Shown here piece by piece: positions 1 to 10,030 of a stretch of DNA of 64,000 nucleotides (the stretch's first letter is position 1; each line of letters begins with the position of its first letter). The notes beneath the pieces are model-generated. The model saw nothing but the letters and a program-made list of their open reading frames with translations. It had not been told where the DNA came from and ran no database searches. Position numbers and translations under genes: made by a program. Source of the DNA: a virus; the IMG/VR virus record IMGVR_UViG_2044078006_000016, positions 762-64,761 of that record; one strand, 5' to 3'.

Positions 1-711
1 AGGTTTTTCTCGATAGCTTTCCATTATCAAATCAAAATGCAGAAGAACAGCTTCATCTATATCGGCTCGTATCATTTCGGAACTGGTCTCTTTCAAACAA
101 TCAAGCAGATCAGCTATGTTCATCTACGCTGTGCAACCTCTTTATACAATTAGGCAACTACGACTCGCAATTGTCTTAGTATATACGTATTCCAGAAATC
201 AGCTTATTCACCCCAAAAATGTTTTTATAGCCTTGCATCGCCCCAGGCTGTTTCGGATGAGCACACGTCAGCTCGACTCGTATGGTGAGGTGCTGTCTAC
301 CGGAGAGCTATAATCGCCCAAAGGCGCTGGACCTCGTGATCAGGGCGCTCGTTGAGCGTTTTTCAACATAGCATTATCAAAAAAGTGACATAAGCTCGCG
401 GAGTACATCGGTTGCGATACCTTGCCCGCTCCATGGGTGTATCCAACCCATACGTAATCATACAAAACGACGAAACTCAGTTCGATCGGCTCTACCGGTT
501 GCAAGGCCTACCTGCACCAAGTCATTTCCTTAAGCCCAATTGTTACAGAGTAACGTGTAGGTCGAATGCTGTCTTTTGCGGCAGGTTGATTGACTACATT
601 GCCGCGCTGAAGGTTGCTAATCTCGCTTCTCGGCCGGTAGTAGGCATTCAAAATTTTGGATCGGCCTTCCAATTTCGTAATTCTACGCTGCGCACTCTCA
701 GGGGAACACCG

Positions 712-921
712 ATGCCGAATTCAGATCTAATAACTTCTCTGCATTCGAAGCACTACGAAAATCAATTAGCGCTCGAAGCTTCTATCATGGAGCTCTCGAA
801 CTGGGTGGAGCAGCGCGGCTCCGCCGAAGTCGCTGAAAACGTACGCGGCGCCCTATACACCCTCGACCACAACCAGAAATTTATAAAGATGACTTTAGCC
901 GTCCTTATGACCCCGGAATGA
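712..921 (+). CDS. Small hypothetical protein (MPNSDLITSLHS...)
   Basis: GGGGA Shine-Dalgarno before ATG 712; the 3' part of track ORF 412..921 reads like a helical protein, the 5' extension does not. Confidence 0.55.
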   Translation: MPNSDLITSLHSKHYENQLALEASIMELSNWVEQRGSAEVAENVRGALYTLDHNQKFIKMTLAVLMTPE

Positions 922-966
922 ACGCCTCTCGTCGCCCGAAATCGCGTCGTGCTCAGATCCAGATAA

Positions 967-982
967 CTGTATGAGCATACAG
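967..982. promoter_or_regulatory. LexA (SOS) box CTGT-ATGAGCAT-ACAG
   Basis: Exact match to the gammaproteobacterial CTGT-N8-ACAG consensus, 18 nt upstream of ATG 1001. Confidence 0.75.
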
Positions 983-1000
983 GTATCGGATTGATTCACC

Positions 1001-1382
1001 ATGCACCCTATCGACGAAGACACCTCAACGTGACTCGGCTGCCCTACGCCGCCTGGAAATGTACAAGCATCAGTGCGCCCTGCTCGAGGACGAGCTGAAG
1101 GAAACCTTAAAGCGGTTAAGCGGCGCTCGCCGGAATATTGCTGGGCTGGTTCAGATGAGCGACGGACTTGCCACGCGTTTAGCTGAAGCACTGGCATGGC
1201 TCAACGTTGCTCGCATCGAAATTGATGATCTCAAAGAACGATGCTCAGAGCCCTCTATCCTCGGCATCAAGCTGGTCACCGAACAGCGCGACTATTTGCT
1301 GAGGGAGAATCAGCGTTTGCTGGCCGAACTGAGGGCGCCTCAAGAGCGGCCGGTTCGGGACACTACTTCGAAAGCACTTTGA
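1001..1382 (+). pseudogene. SOS-boxed prophage coiled-coil protein with damaged 5' end
   Basis: Frame from ATG 1001 (MHPIDEDTST*LGCPTP) has TGA at 1031-1033 and is one base out of frame with track ORF 1059..1382 (MYKHQCALLEDE...). It resembles a Pseudomonas prophage family I recall as ...WLGCPTPLEMYKHQC... Confidence 0.5.
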
Positions 1383-1590
1383 GGCGCTCCTCAGTTGCGT
1401 TGTCGAAGATGAAGTGGAGCTGTTCAATGGTTTCGTCTGCCACCGAGCGCGCCGACTCCAAGCCCGATACGAACCCGTCGGCCCTAGCACCTGCTTTGGC
1501 CGCCACAATCAGTGAGCCCGCCCTTGCAATTTGTGCCAACAGCTTATCTGCGTGTCGTTCGATCCTAGCGCTCAGAATTACACCATCCAT
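1363..1590 (-). CDS. Small helical hypothetical protein (GFVSGL motif)
   Basis: 75-aa ORF; shares a GF(V/L)xG(L/V) motif with 2719..2964 and 3209..3493. Confidence 0.6.
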   Translation of the reverse strand: MDGVILSARIERHADKLLAQIARAGSLIVAAKAGARADGFVSGLESARSVADETIEQLHFIFDNATEERLKVLSK

Positions 1591-1919
1591 ATCAAATCCT
1601 TTGAGAAATACCTAGCATCAGGCGTGTCACCCCAACTCGTCTGCATACGTGGCCTGCGCTTCCTCTACCAGCTCACGCCACTCGCCGCTGTCGATAAGGC
1701 CCTTCTCTTGCAGATCATCTGCGAGGGAGAGCCGCGCTTCATAGCGATCCTCTGGAGTGGCTGATATGAAATCAGGATCAGTGCGCAAAGCGAACCACGC
1801 CTTTATCGCGTTTATTTACTCTATGTTAATCGTCATGACGAATACTCAAGGCCAGTGTCTACAGTGTAGAGATTGACCAGCGCCCAGCTGTTCAGCAGAT
1901 CCGACAAGCGGAGAGCATC

Positions 1920-2418
1920 ATGTGCGGGAGACTTGTTCAGTACCGGGGGGCGGGGGAGGCACGGCTTTGTGGCAGGGTTGAACATGCCTAATGCTTTGGT
2001 GAACTCTGTCGGTGATTTGCCCCTCGAGCGCTACAACGTAGCACCGACAACCCAAGTCGCCCTGCACCACCTGCAGGGCCATCTGCTGCACGCCGACATG
2101 GTGCGCTGGGGATGGCGGCCACACTGGGCCAGGGAAAGGGCCGCACCGATCAATGCGCACATCGAGAAAGTAGCCCATGGATGGTTCTTTCGTGCGATCT
2201 GTCCGCATCGGGCAATCACACCCATTGATAGCGGCTGCGCTTGTCGCGATTGCCGACTGCACAGACGCTCCCACCACGCCCGTCGGCGCTTTCCGTCTGA
2301 TCAGGGACAGCGCTGGCGGCCCAATTCGACCACGCCACACGCACCCAGAATGGATCGCCGAACGGATGGGAAAATCAACCGGCAACATGCTCCTCTAGCA
2401 TCATGTGGAATGGATTAA
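1920..2418 (+). pseudogene. SOS response-associated peptidase (SRAP/YedK/HMCES family), frameshifted and internally deleted
   Basis: ATG 1920 gives the diagnostic MCGRL start, then an early stop. Another frame carries RYNVAPTTQV...RWGWRPHW...PINA...FFRAI...HRAITPID. The C-terminal half is degraded. Confidence 0.8.
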
Positions 2419-2718
2419 CGAGGATGGGCCGGACGCGGTGGGCGTGCTACAGCTGGCACTAAAGCTTCCGCCGAAGCCAGTTTTACACTTGACGCCTTAA
2501 AGCCCTATGACTGGCGTAAAGGACCACTGCAATGCGGCTTGATAAGGTGCGCAATGGTTCTCGTGTCGAGCGCATCGGCACAAGCCGCGCCCAGGTATCG
2601 CCCAGACGAATCGAAAGCGTCCGCTTACTATCTTTGCCAGCAGTGCTGCCAACCACCACCTCACGTATCACGTGTTCACCGACTAAAACTTTAGCGTGTC
2701 GAGTTGAAGCCTCCTCAA

Positions 2719-2964
2719 TCAAATGGTCAGCTCCCGGCGCCGCGCCGCAGCTGCGTCCTCGACCGCAATAAACAGCGCCTCGATGGTCGCCGTGGTCAGC
2801 GCATGGGCTGCATCCACCCCTTCGACAAAACCTTTAGCGCGCGTCAGTGCCAGCTCCAGGGCGTGCAAATCCCCGGCACGCGCCTGGCGTGACAGGTGGT
2901 TTTGCATCTTGGTGCGCAGCCCAGCCGGTAGGCTTATCGTGTCTAACTGCTGGCTGACGTTCAT
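2719..2964 (-). CDS. Small helical hypothetical protein (GFVEGV motif)
   Basis: 81-aa ORF, overlaps the stop of 2961..3224 (coupled). Confidence 0.65.
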   Translation of the reverse strand: MNVSQQLDTISLPAGLRTKMQNHLSRQARAGDLHALELALTRAKGFVEGVDAAHALTTATIEALFIAVEDAAAARRRELTI

Positions 2965-3224
2965 CCCGCCACTCCATACACTTCGGCTAATATTGTGGCC
3001 AATTGGCGCAACGGGTACTGAGCTTGAATCAGCTCGCAGCCTGCGCAGTGTCGCACCGGGTCATCAGCATTACTCGGCCATTGCGGGGCCAGGCATAAAT
3101 GGCAGCGTACCGCTTCTTCGCTCATGATCCATCGCTCATTCCACAGGCCTAAAGCAAAATCAGTACACACGTCGGGCGACAGCGGGCTAGAAGCAGGACA
3201 CTGAACCTTTATGTATTCATCCAT
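2961..3224 (-). CDS. Small putative Zn-binding protein (DFALGLWN...CxxC...HCxGC...YPL)
   Basis: 87 aa; clear paralogue of 3668..3919. Confidence 0.65.
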   Translation of the reverse strand: MDEYIKVQCPASSPLSPDVCTDFALGLWNERWIMSEEAVRCHLCLAPQWPSNADDPVRHCAGCELIQAQYPLRQLATILAEVYGVAG

Positions 3225-3493
3225 GCGGATTCGAACCCTTTAATGAGACGGTGCTGGAATTCCCGCCCCTGCTCTGGGGATAAGACCTCGCCGGCGATCA
3301 AGCCGTCCAAAAAGCCGATCAACTGGTCATACAGACTGGGCGGCGCCCGCTCAGTCAAGGACTGGATACGGAACGCCTCTACGTGGTGACGCACTCTAAA
3401 TAAGATGTACTCGGGGTCTGCCAGGGTCATGAGGTCGTTGAAAAATTGCTGGACGTTATCGATGGCCAGTGGATGAGTGAGCGGCGCGTACAT
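3209..3493 (-). CDS. Small hypothetical protein (GFLDGL motif)
   Basis: 94-aa ORF in a coupled minus-strand cluster. Confidence 0.6.
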   Translation of the reverse strand: MYAPLTHPLAIDNVQQFFNDLMTLADPEYILFRVRHHVEAFRIQSLTERAPPSLYDQLIGFLDGLIAGEVLSPEQGREFQHRLIKGFESAWMNT

Positions 3494-3667
3494 AATTATT
3501 GGTGCCTTTGTAGATGGGCTGCACGTTGAAGCAGTTATGCGGAACTGGTAACGCAGTCTAGGGCTGCCTGGCTGCCGGTGCCAATTAAAAACGTCCCCGT
3601 CAAGTCAATACGCCCGGGCCCTTTTTATAAGCGGATTATTGGTCACGCCTAACTGGGAGAATGCCAT

Positions 3668-3919
3668 TCATGGAGAATCCTCCGACACAGCCCTCAGAAT
3701 ATTTGCCAATTCCCGCAACGGATATTGCATATTGCCAATTTCACAACCATCAGAATGGACCATCGGAATTTGAGCATTGCTGGGCAATTGCGAGGCAAGG
3801 CAGTAGCTGCACCGCACGGCTTCGTCACTCATAAGCCACTTATCATTCCATAGTCCGAGCGCAAAATCGGCCGTAGCTGTGTCGGCCACTGTCGGCGGTA
3901 AATCTCGATTTAGGGTCAT
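3668..3919 (-). CDS. Small putative Zn-binding protein (DFALGLWN...CSYC...HSDGC...YPL)
   Basis: GGAG SD and ATG at 3919 inside track ORF 3668..4207; paralogue of 2961..3224. Confidence 0.6.
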   Translation of the reverse strand: MTLNRDLPPTVADTATADFALGLWNDKWLMSDEAVRCSYCLASQLPSNAQIPMVHSDGCEIGNMQYPLRELANILRAVSEDSP

Positions 3920-4207
3920 ACTCCACCTCGCCATGCGCTGGACAGCGTTGCCACTCTCACTCGGGCAACCAGATTCCTTGGGGAAGACTTTGTTATCGTT
4001 AAGCCACGTAAAGACCTGGGCACATGCTCGGACGCTCTCTGGATCAAGTCCCCACACATCGGCAACGGCGGAGCGAACATGTCTTCCCGCGTTCCACAAG
4101 GTGAACAGAAAACTGGCTACCGTACGGCCCTGCCTGGTGTCCTTCTGAGCGGTTAACAGCAGATGCTCAAGTGCTTTCTGAGTTTCGGAATCGAAAGTAA
4201 GTGACAC
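3920..4207 (-). pseudogene. Hypothetical gene (ALEHLLLTAQKDT...FLFTLWN) lacking its own stop, fused in frame to 3668..3919
   Basis: AAGGA SD and GTG 4207; no stop before the internal SD/ATG at 3919. Confidence 0.4.
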
Positions 4208-4951
4208 GGCGTAATTTCCTTTTACGTGATCGATGGACTTACGTAGAGCTACTGCGGGTGTAGCGGGTACCTTGCCTGAGGCCGACTTTCCATTCAGCTA
4301 TCAAGGCTCTACCTTTAACATAGATGATTTCAGCGACTAACGCGATAGGCCTAGGCGATGAGTAGAGCCCACGGCGCTTTTGCTTGTCCGCCAGAAGATA
4401 ACACAGGTTAACTCGCTGATGGCCACACCATAAACACCGACTTGTAATGCCGCAGCGTGGCTGGTGATAGTATCGGTGGCGTGGATTGTGTGGGCCAAAG
4501 CCGACGCTGAGGGGCGCCAACCGATGCTGCTGGCGATTGACGCATGCACTGATAGGGCCTGACAGGAGATGCACACTCGTTGACAGGTGAAGTAAAAAAT
4601 TCCTACAACTACCAGTCCATGCAATATAACTTGGATACCAGAGATTAAGGTTGACTAGTATTAGTGGGTCAAGGCGTCATAAGCAGTCACCATATTCTGA
4701 AATAGCACCCTTTACTACACTGGAAGGTCCTACCTCGCCGTCAGTTGATGCCCTCGCAGATTTCCACCATTCACTTTTCGCGATCCATCCGCCCTTAAAT
4801 TGGCGTTTTGAGAGCTCTATCGACTCCAAGCGCGCTAAGATGCAACCATAACGGGTCCTTCGATAGAAATTTTTGATTGATCCGTCAGAGATTTAGGTCG
4901 ATAGATAAATAATACTGGCAGCGTCGCTGGTTTTTTCCTTATGGAGTCACC

Positions 4952-6577
4952 ATGAATCTACGTTCCATTAATATCGCTCCCAGATCCGCTCTCTGCTTCG
5001 GCCTAATCACTATGCTTGTAATTGCACTTGGAGCCTTTTCGTACGTACAGCTCGGAAAATTGAGAGGAACAGAGCAGGACATTGAAAATAATTGGCTCGC
5101 AAGTATACAGACTGCTGACGATATACAGATTGCACTTTTGAGCGCCCGTTTAGAGAGCATTCGCTTACTAGCCACTTCGAGCTTAGAAGAAAAAGCGACA
5201 GCTTCAGAGCATCTCCAGGAAGCGCAGAACATACTTAATAAGCAAACCGAATATTATCGAAACAACTTAATATCCGATGAAGACGAACGAGCGAAATTTA
5301 ATGAAGCCGCTGCGACGATGGAGAGATATATAGACGGGCTCAAAACCATACTCGAACTAGATGGCACGCAGCATGAGAAAGCCGTTCAATTTGCAAATAC
5401 TGAACAGCGTGATCGCGCCAACGACTACCAGGCTAAGCTTACAGCATTGAGAGATCACAACGTCAAAGGAGCAGCTACAGCAGGGACTACAGCGACGGCT
5501 GTATACTCAAATAGCATTACAATTGTCGACTCGGTAATTGGTGCATCATTAGTTCTTACCATATTTCTTGCAATTGCACTTACTCGAAGCATAGTTCGCC
5601 CTATGAACTCCTCTGTAAAGATGGCTGAAGAGATAGCAGCAGGCGACCTTAGGCTTGCTCTGGAGGTAAGCGGAAATGATGAGTCCGCAAGGTTAATGCG
5701 AGCGCTCAATACAATGCAAGGCAACTTGCGTGATACCATCAGCGAGATATCTGAGGCTGCCATGCAGCTTAGCACTGCCGCAGTTGAGATGAGCTCGATA
5801 ACAGAAGGCGCCAGCTTCACCCTTCAGCAGCAAAATAGTGAAATCGAACAGGCTGCAACTGCGGTGACCGAGATGAGTGCCGCGGTTGATGAGGTTGCTC
5901 GCAACGCTATTTCCACATCAGAATCAGCTCGTGAATCCAATAAAGCTGCAGCGGTAGGAAACAATAAAGTTGGTGAAACACTCAAAGCAATGCGCAGCTT
6001 AACGGACAGGATTGAGATTACGTCCGAACAAGTACAACTGCTAGCTGGACAAACGCAAGAAATAAGTACAGTTTTAAGTGTAATTCGGGCAATCGCGGAG
6101 CAAACTAATCTCCTAGCGCTAAACGCTGCTATTGAAGCGGCTAGAGCAGGTGAACAAGGAAGAGGCTTCGCAGTAGTTGCGGATGAAGTTAGAGCTCTTG
6201 CTCATCGAACCCAAACTGCAACTCAAGAAATCGAACAAATGATTTCAAGCATTCAGGCAGGTAGTGCGCAAGCTGTAGAATCGATGATTAGTAGCACCCA
6301 TGAGGCGCATAGCACTAGGCAAACGGCTGATGAGGCTGGTCAGTCGCTCAAGGCTATTACATCAGCTGTTCAGCTGATCGATGATCGGAATCAGCAGATA
6401 GCGACTGCATCAGAGGAGCAGGCTCATGTAGCAAGAGAGGTAGATAGAGCCCTCGTAAGTATTCGAGAACTCAGCGTTCAAAGTAGCGAAGGAACCCATC
6501 AGACTCTTCTAGCAAGTAACGAGCTTTCGAGACTTGCAATATCACTTAATCAGATGGTCGGTCGTTTCAGAATTTAA
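4952..6577 (+). CDS. Methyl-accepting chemotaxis protein (2 TM, four-helix-bundle sensor, HAMP, MCP signal)
   Basis: TM1 [17 protein letters not shown]2 [16 protein letters not shown], signalling motif [34 protein letters not shown]. Confidence 0.95.
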   Translation: MNLRSINIAPRSALCFGLITMLVIALGAFSYVQLGKLRGTEQDIENNWLASIQTADDIQIALLSARLESIRLLATSSLEEKATASEHLQEAQNILNKQTEYYRNNLISDEDERAKFNEAAATMERYIDGLKTILELDGTQHEKAVQFANTEQRDRANDYQAKLTALRDHNVKGAATAGTTATAVYSNSITIVDSVIGASLVLTIFLAIALTRSIVRPMNSSVKMAEEIAAGDLRLALEVSGNDESARLMRALNTMQGNLRDTISEISEAAMQLSTAAVEMSSITEGASFTLQQQNSEIEQAATAVTEMSAAVDEVARNAISTSESARESNKAAAVGNNKVGETLKAMRSLTDRIEITSEQVQLLAGQTQEISTVLSVIRAIAEQTNLLALNAAIEAARAGEQGRGFAVVADEVRALAHRTQTATQEIEQMISSIQAGSAQAVESMISSTHEAHSTRQTADEAGQSLKAITSAVQLIDDRNQQIATASEEQAHVAREVDRALVSIRELSVQSSEGTHQTLLASNELSRLAISLNQMVGRFRI

Positions 6578-6609
6578 ATACCACACCTGCCGTCAGCCCT
6601 GCCATTTAA

Positions 6610-7125
6610 TTAATCAGCTATCGCCCTGAGATATGCCTGACACGCGCGCAGCGCTATCAATCCGTTATCTCCATCGTCGGTGATGGCGATAATTCGCTGC
6701 GCATGCGCTGGGTCAAGTTGGGCTCGACGGGCTGCATGAACCACGCTGACGGTGCCGGCGGCGGCATGCACGTTGCAGCCATTGGCGGGATCGTCGGCAA
6801 GGAGGACTGACAGCCGCACATCAGCAGTGGCAAGGCGGTCGCGCAGAAGAGCCTGGTTGCGTTGAGCATCGGATAGTTCTCGAGTGTGTAGTTGGTCCTG
6901 GGCCGCGAGCTCTTTCTCGATGGCCAAGCGTTTGTCCTGTTCGGTGCGGGCCTGGGCCGCTGCGGCATTGCTGATCGCGGCCAAATCATCCTTGTGCAGG
7001 CCGGCCTGCTCGGAGAGCTTCTCTCCCATGCGCCAGTTCTGCACCTGCCAGGTCACGCCCGCGGCGACGGCCATCAGCACCAGGATCAGCAGCACCAAAC
7101 TCGCCAGTTTCTGCACCGGCGTCAT
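6610..7125 (-). CDS. Rz: Rz-like inner-membrane spanin
   Basis: N-terminal TM, coiled coil, C-terminal ...LRACQAY; follows the endolysin and contains a nested lipoprotein gene. Confidence 0.9.
   Translation of the reverse strand: MTPVQKLASLVLLILVLMAVAAGVTWQVQNWRMGEKLSEQAGLHKDDLAAISNAAAAQARTEQDKRLAIEKELAAQDQLHTRELSDAQRNQALLRDRLATADVRLSVLLADDPANGCNVHAAAGTVSVVHAARRAQLDPAHAQRIIAITDDGDNGLIALRACQAYLRAIAD
6657..6869 (-). CDS. Rz1: Rz1-like outer-membrane spanin lipoprotein nested in Rz
   Basis: MLNATRLFCATALPLLMCG-C lipobox, Pro-rich mature part, alternative frame inside Rz. Confidence 0.8.
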   Translation of the reverse strand: MLNATRLFCATALPLLMCGCQSSLPTIPPMAATCMPPPAPSAWFMQPVEPNLTQRMRSELSPSPTMEITD

Positions 7126-7547
7126 GCCAGCACCCGCCGCACCCCTTCCGCCAACACAGCATCGGGATATGCATACCCGGCGTTTTCATGGTGGATGATC
7201 GCCTTGACGAATCCGGACATCACCGACGGCTGCGAAAGGTCCACCTCGGCGCCAGGGCGGGTGCCGGTGTTCGCCTCGACGGCACGCACGTAGGCTGCGG
7301 TGTCGTTCTCTACAGCCGGCGCCCAGCGACTGATGATCGCATTGACCGTCTTCAGTCCATGCTTTCGCTGGTAGGTGAGCAGCACCTTGCCCAAGGCTCG
7401 GATACCGTTCTCAGGCGTATCGAAGCGGGCGAACCGCTTCTCAACCGAGGGATCGGGCTTGAACTGGCCTTGCCACTGGTTGGCTGGGTTGTAGTCGATG
7501 TTGCCGGGGTTGCGGTTGCGAACGCCGCGGGTTTCAATGATCGGCAT
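7122..7547 (-). CDS. Putative endolysin (RNxNPGNI lysozyme-like family)
   Basis: RNRNPGNID...RFARFDTPENGIRAL...IISRWAP..ENDT.AY; translationally coupled to Rz. Confidence 0.75.
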   Translation of the reverse strand: MPIIETRGVRNRNPGNIDYNPANQWQGQFKPDPSVEKRFARFDTPENGIRALGKVLLTYQRKHGLKTVNAIISRWAPAVENDTAAYVRAVEANTGTRPGAEVDLSQPSVMSGFVKAIIHHENAGYAYPDAVLAEGVRRVLA

Positions 7548-8038
7548 AGCTTTTCTCCAGGCGAAAAAAAACCGCTCATGGCGGTATCGGTATGCTTGAT
7601 TGCGTCAGGTGCTCTCCGACCCTGCCGCTTTAACAGACGAACTTTGCGCCTGTATCATTGCGAGCAATGAGCGCTCAGCTACGCTCAATTTTTTCTAAGG
7701 ATTTTCAAGCCATGGGTATTACCTCGTTTTTGTATGGATTGATCCGATTCCAGTCGGTGTTTAAGGGATTAGACCTCGAGACGGAAAATTTCCATCGCGA
7801 AGAATTCGAGGCGCACATCTATAAAAATGTCAGACCCCTCCCTAGCCTGAAACGTGAACTGGACGGCAGCTACGCAGACAAATCCGTGCAAGCCTCATGG
7901 CTCAACTGGTTGGATGCTGCGAATCAGATGGACAGCATGATTTAGATCACTTGGCCGGCCCGGTCCATCGGGTCTCAGTGATGGTCATAGCTTTTCTCCA
8001 GGCGAAAAAAACCCGCTCAAGGCGGTATCGGTGTGCTT
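7545..8038 (-). repeat. 53-bp direct repeat pair (7545..7597 and 7986..8038): terminator-like hairpin + RBS + ATG
   Basis: catagcttttctccaggcgaaaaaaa(a/c)ccgctca(t/a)ggcggtatcggt(a/g)tgctt; 50 of 53 positions identical. Confidence 0.9.
7658..7945 (+). CDS. Small antisense moron, hypothetical (REEFEAH...GSYAD..VQASW..W); true start may be further downstream
   Basis: ORF on the strand opposite the late operon, between the two direct repeats. Confidence 0.5.
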   Translation: MRAMSAQLRSIFSKDFQAMGITSFLYGLIRFQSVFKGLDLETENFHREEFEAHIYKNVRPLPSLKRELDGSYADKSVQASWLNWLDAANQMDSMI

Positions 8039-8056
8039 CTTTGTGGTGACCTCTGC

Positions 8057-8983
8057 TTAAGCCTGTGCAGCCTTCAACGCGGCGAGCTCTGCGCGCAATT
8101 CTTTGACGGCTCCCATCAAGTCCGTGATCAGCGCCATCGGTTCGAGTTGCTGAACGCGGGGTTGGCCATCGTCGCCAAGCCCATCTTTTTCGCCGGTAAC
8201 GGCAAGCGGGTTGACCGCCTGTGCCTCGTGCGCGATCAGCCCTTGGTAAACGACGTCATCTCCTTTGAACACATCACCGAAATTTTTACGCTGGTAGGTG
8301 ACGATCCGGTAAGCATCTACACGGTCCAGGTAGGATGTCTTCGGCGCGTCCTTGATGTATTTCTTGAAGCGGTAGTCAGAGCCAAACAATGTCATGGTGC
8401 CCACGTACGTTGCGCCGATGTACACGTCAACGTTTGAGCCAGTCCAGTTGATGTTATAAGAGTTCGCCGTGTAAGCCCCGCTTACGCCAGTGCGGCAACG
8501 AATTCCACGAACCGGAAGCTCTACCGAGACCTCGTTCGATACAGCCAATGTACCTACTGCCACACCCGATGCGGATACGGTGGTGACTTTCAAGATCCCA
8601 TCATATGAATAGGTCATGGCTGGGCCACCGGCGGTATTGCCAGCATTTACCGAGCGCCAAGAGAAACCACCGTCACCATTACCTTTGTTTACGATGAAGT
8701 GCCCCTCCCCCAGCCCGGCAGCATTCCAGCCCATATACAAACCCTGGATGTTGTACCGGCCTGATGCCTCCCGGACGCCTACCTCAGCGAATATAGCGCG
8801 GCCATCAGTCACGCCAGTGCCACCCTTAGCAATTGGTAAGGCGGACGGGAGAGTTCCAGTCGCTCCGCCGAGGGCGGCATAGAGCTCCGTAGACATGACG
8901 TTCATTTTAGCGGCGGCGCTCCGGGTGGTATCACCACCGGCGCCTGTAGGCGCTGTACCTAAGTTGATTTCCTGTCTTGCCAT
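8057..8983 (-). CDS. Tail fibre/spike with C-terminal intramolecular chaperone (peptidase S74-like)
   Basis: MARQEINLGTAPTGAGGDT start after a GGAG SD; SDYRFKKYI...GLIAHE...AVKEL chaperone motif. Confidence 0.85.
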   Translation of the reverse strand: MARQEINLGTAPTGAGGDTTRSAAAKMNVMSTELYAALGGATGTLPSALPIAKGGTGVTDGRAIFAEVGVREASGRYNIQGLYMGWNAAGLGEGHFIVNKGNGDGGFSWRSVNAGNTAGGPAMTYSYDGILKVTTVSASGVAVGTLAVSNEVSVELPVRGIRCRTGVSGAYTANSYNINWTGSNVDVYIGATYVGTMTLFGSDYRFKKYIKDAPKTSYLDRVDAYRIVTYQRKNFGDVFKGDDVVYQGLIAHEAQAVNPLAVTGEKDGLGDDGQPRVQQLEPMALITDLMGAVKELRAELAALKAAQA

Positions 8984-9014
8984 AACAAACTCCAAGTAAC
9001 ATATTCATCGTTAA

Positions 9015-9677
9015 TCAAGAAAAGGGTTTTGCGAAAACCATCGGTAGATATTGCGCTGACGGTAAATCAACACCTACCGCTTGTAAAAGCATTCTATTGT
9101 TTGGGAAATCCCAATAAGCATACATATTACCTTGTCTAGATACCAAACCCGGCATGTCAAAGGCAATATTATTGATCAATATATAATTACCGTTGGATAA
9201 TGGAAATCCACCAGTAGGCGTCCACATTAAATTGGTTAAACCTTGTGAAGTTTTAGTTGCCCCTAGATATGTCCAGTTGTTCACGGTCCCTGTGAATTGG
9301 GCACAAGGTGTTCCATTATCAAAGATAAGGGTGTTATTAGCATCCCATAAGCGCAAACCATATGTGGCAGTTGGTGTTGACCTAAATACAGCAGAAAACC
9401 ACTTACCTGTCGCACCAACAAGCGATGTTGAAAAAGATACAGCGGTCCAATTACCCGGTGTTCCAATCACTTGACAGTAGTATAGATTGCAAGCAGTATT
9501 TGGCCTTACAAATACCAGCGGTGGCTCTATAGTTGTAACCGCTGTCTTGAAAAAGATTGGCGTATTCTGACTGCTATTTGTTGTCCATGTTCCAGACTCT
9601 ACAATTACAAGTCTGGAAAATTCAGAGTCCAGAGTCACAACATCCTTGTTGTTTACAAAAGTTAGACCGAATGACAT
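9015..9677 (-). CDS. Tail tip/fibre-associated protein
   Basis: MSFGLTFVN start, beta-rich, in the coupled run after J; visibly AT-richer than J. Confidence 0.7.
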   Translation of the reverse strand: MSFGLTFVNNKDVVTLDSEFSRLVIVESGTWTTNSSQNTPIFFKTAVTTIEPPLVFVRPNTACNLYYCQVIGTPGNWTAVSFSTSLVGATGKWFSAVFRSTPTATYGLRLWDANNTLIFDNGTPCAQFTGTVNNWTYLGATKTSQGLTNLMWTPTGGFPLSNGNYILINNIAFDMPGLVSRQGNMYAYWDFPNNRMLLQAVGVDLPSAQYLPMVFAKPFS

Positions 9678-10030
9678 TATTTATACCTCATAACTAGAAG
9701 TCTTTGAGGTATTGTTCCAATAGGTGAACCAGCAGCGCCTCCCGGCGCACCAAAGTAAACCCTTACATAACCCGGCGGACCCGGATAAATAATAGGTGTA
9801 TATGTAATAGGTGTGCGTTGACCACTAACTTCATATGGTGCTATAGGAACACAAACAGCGGAATACGTAGTAGGATTAACATCTGGATATCCGGGAACTG
9901 ACAAATCAATAAATCTACCTCCACCTGGGGAAGTCTGAACAATTTGTGAATATACAATCCTTACTGTAAATGAATTCTCATCCAGCTGCATGGCGCCATT
10001 GGCGCCCCAAATTCTCATGCCAACACTCAT
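9677..10030 (-). CDS. Tail tip-associated protein
   Basis: MSVGMRIWGANG start, overlapping the J stop and the next start. Confidence 0.7.
   Translation of the reverse strand: MSVGMRIWGANGAMQLDENSFTVRIVYSQIVQTSPGGGRFIDLSVPGYPDVNPTTYSAVCVPIAPYEVSGQRTPITYTPIIYPGPPGYVRVYFGAPGGAAGSPIGTIPQRLLVMRYK

Noticed and set aside
3-179. Open frame from the window edge (VFLDSFPLSNQ...) as the 3' end of an upstream gene
   Set aside because: Only 58 codons in AT-rich DNA with no recognisable motif; cannot be supported.
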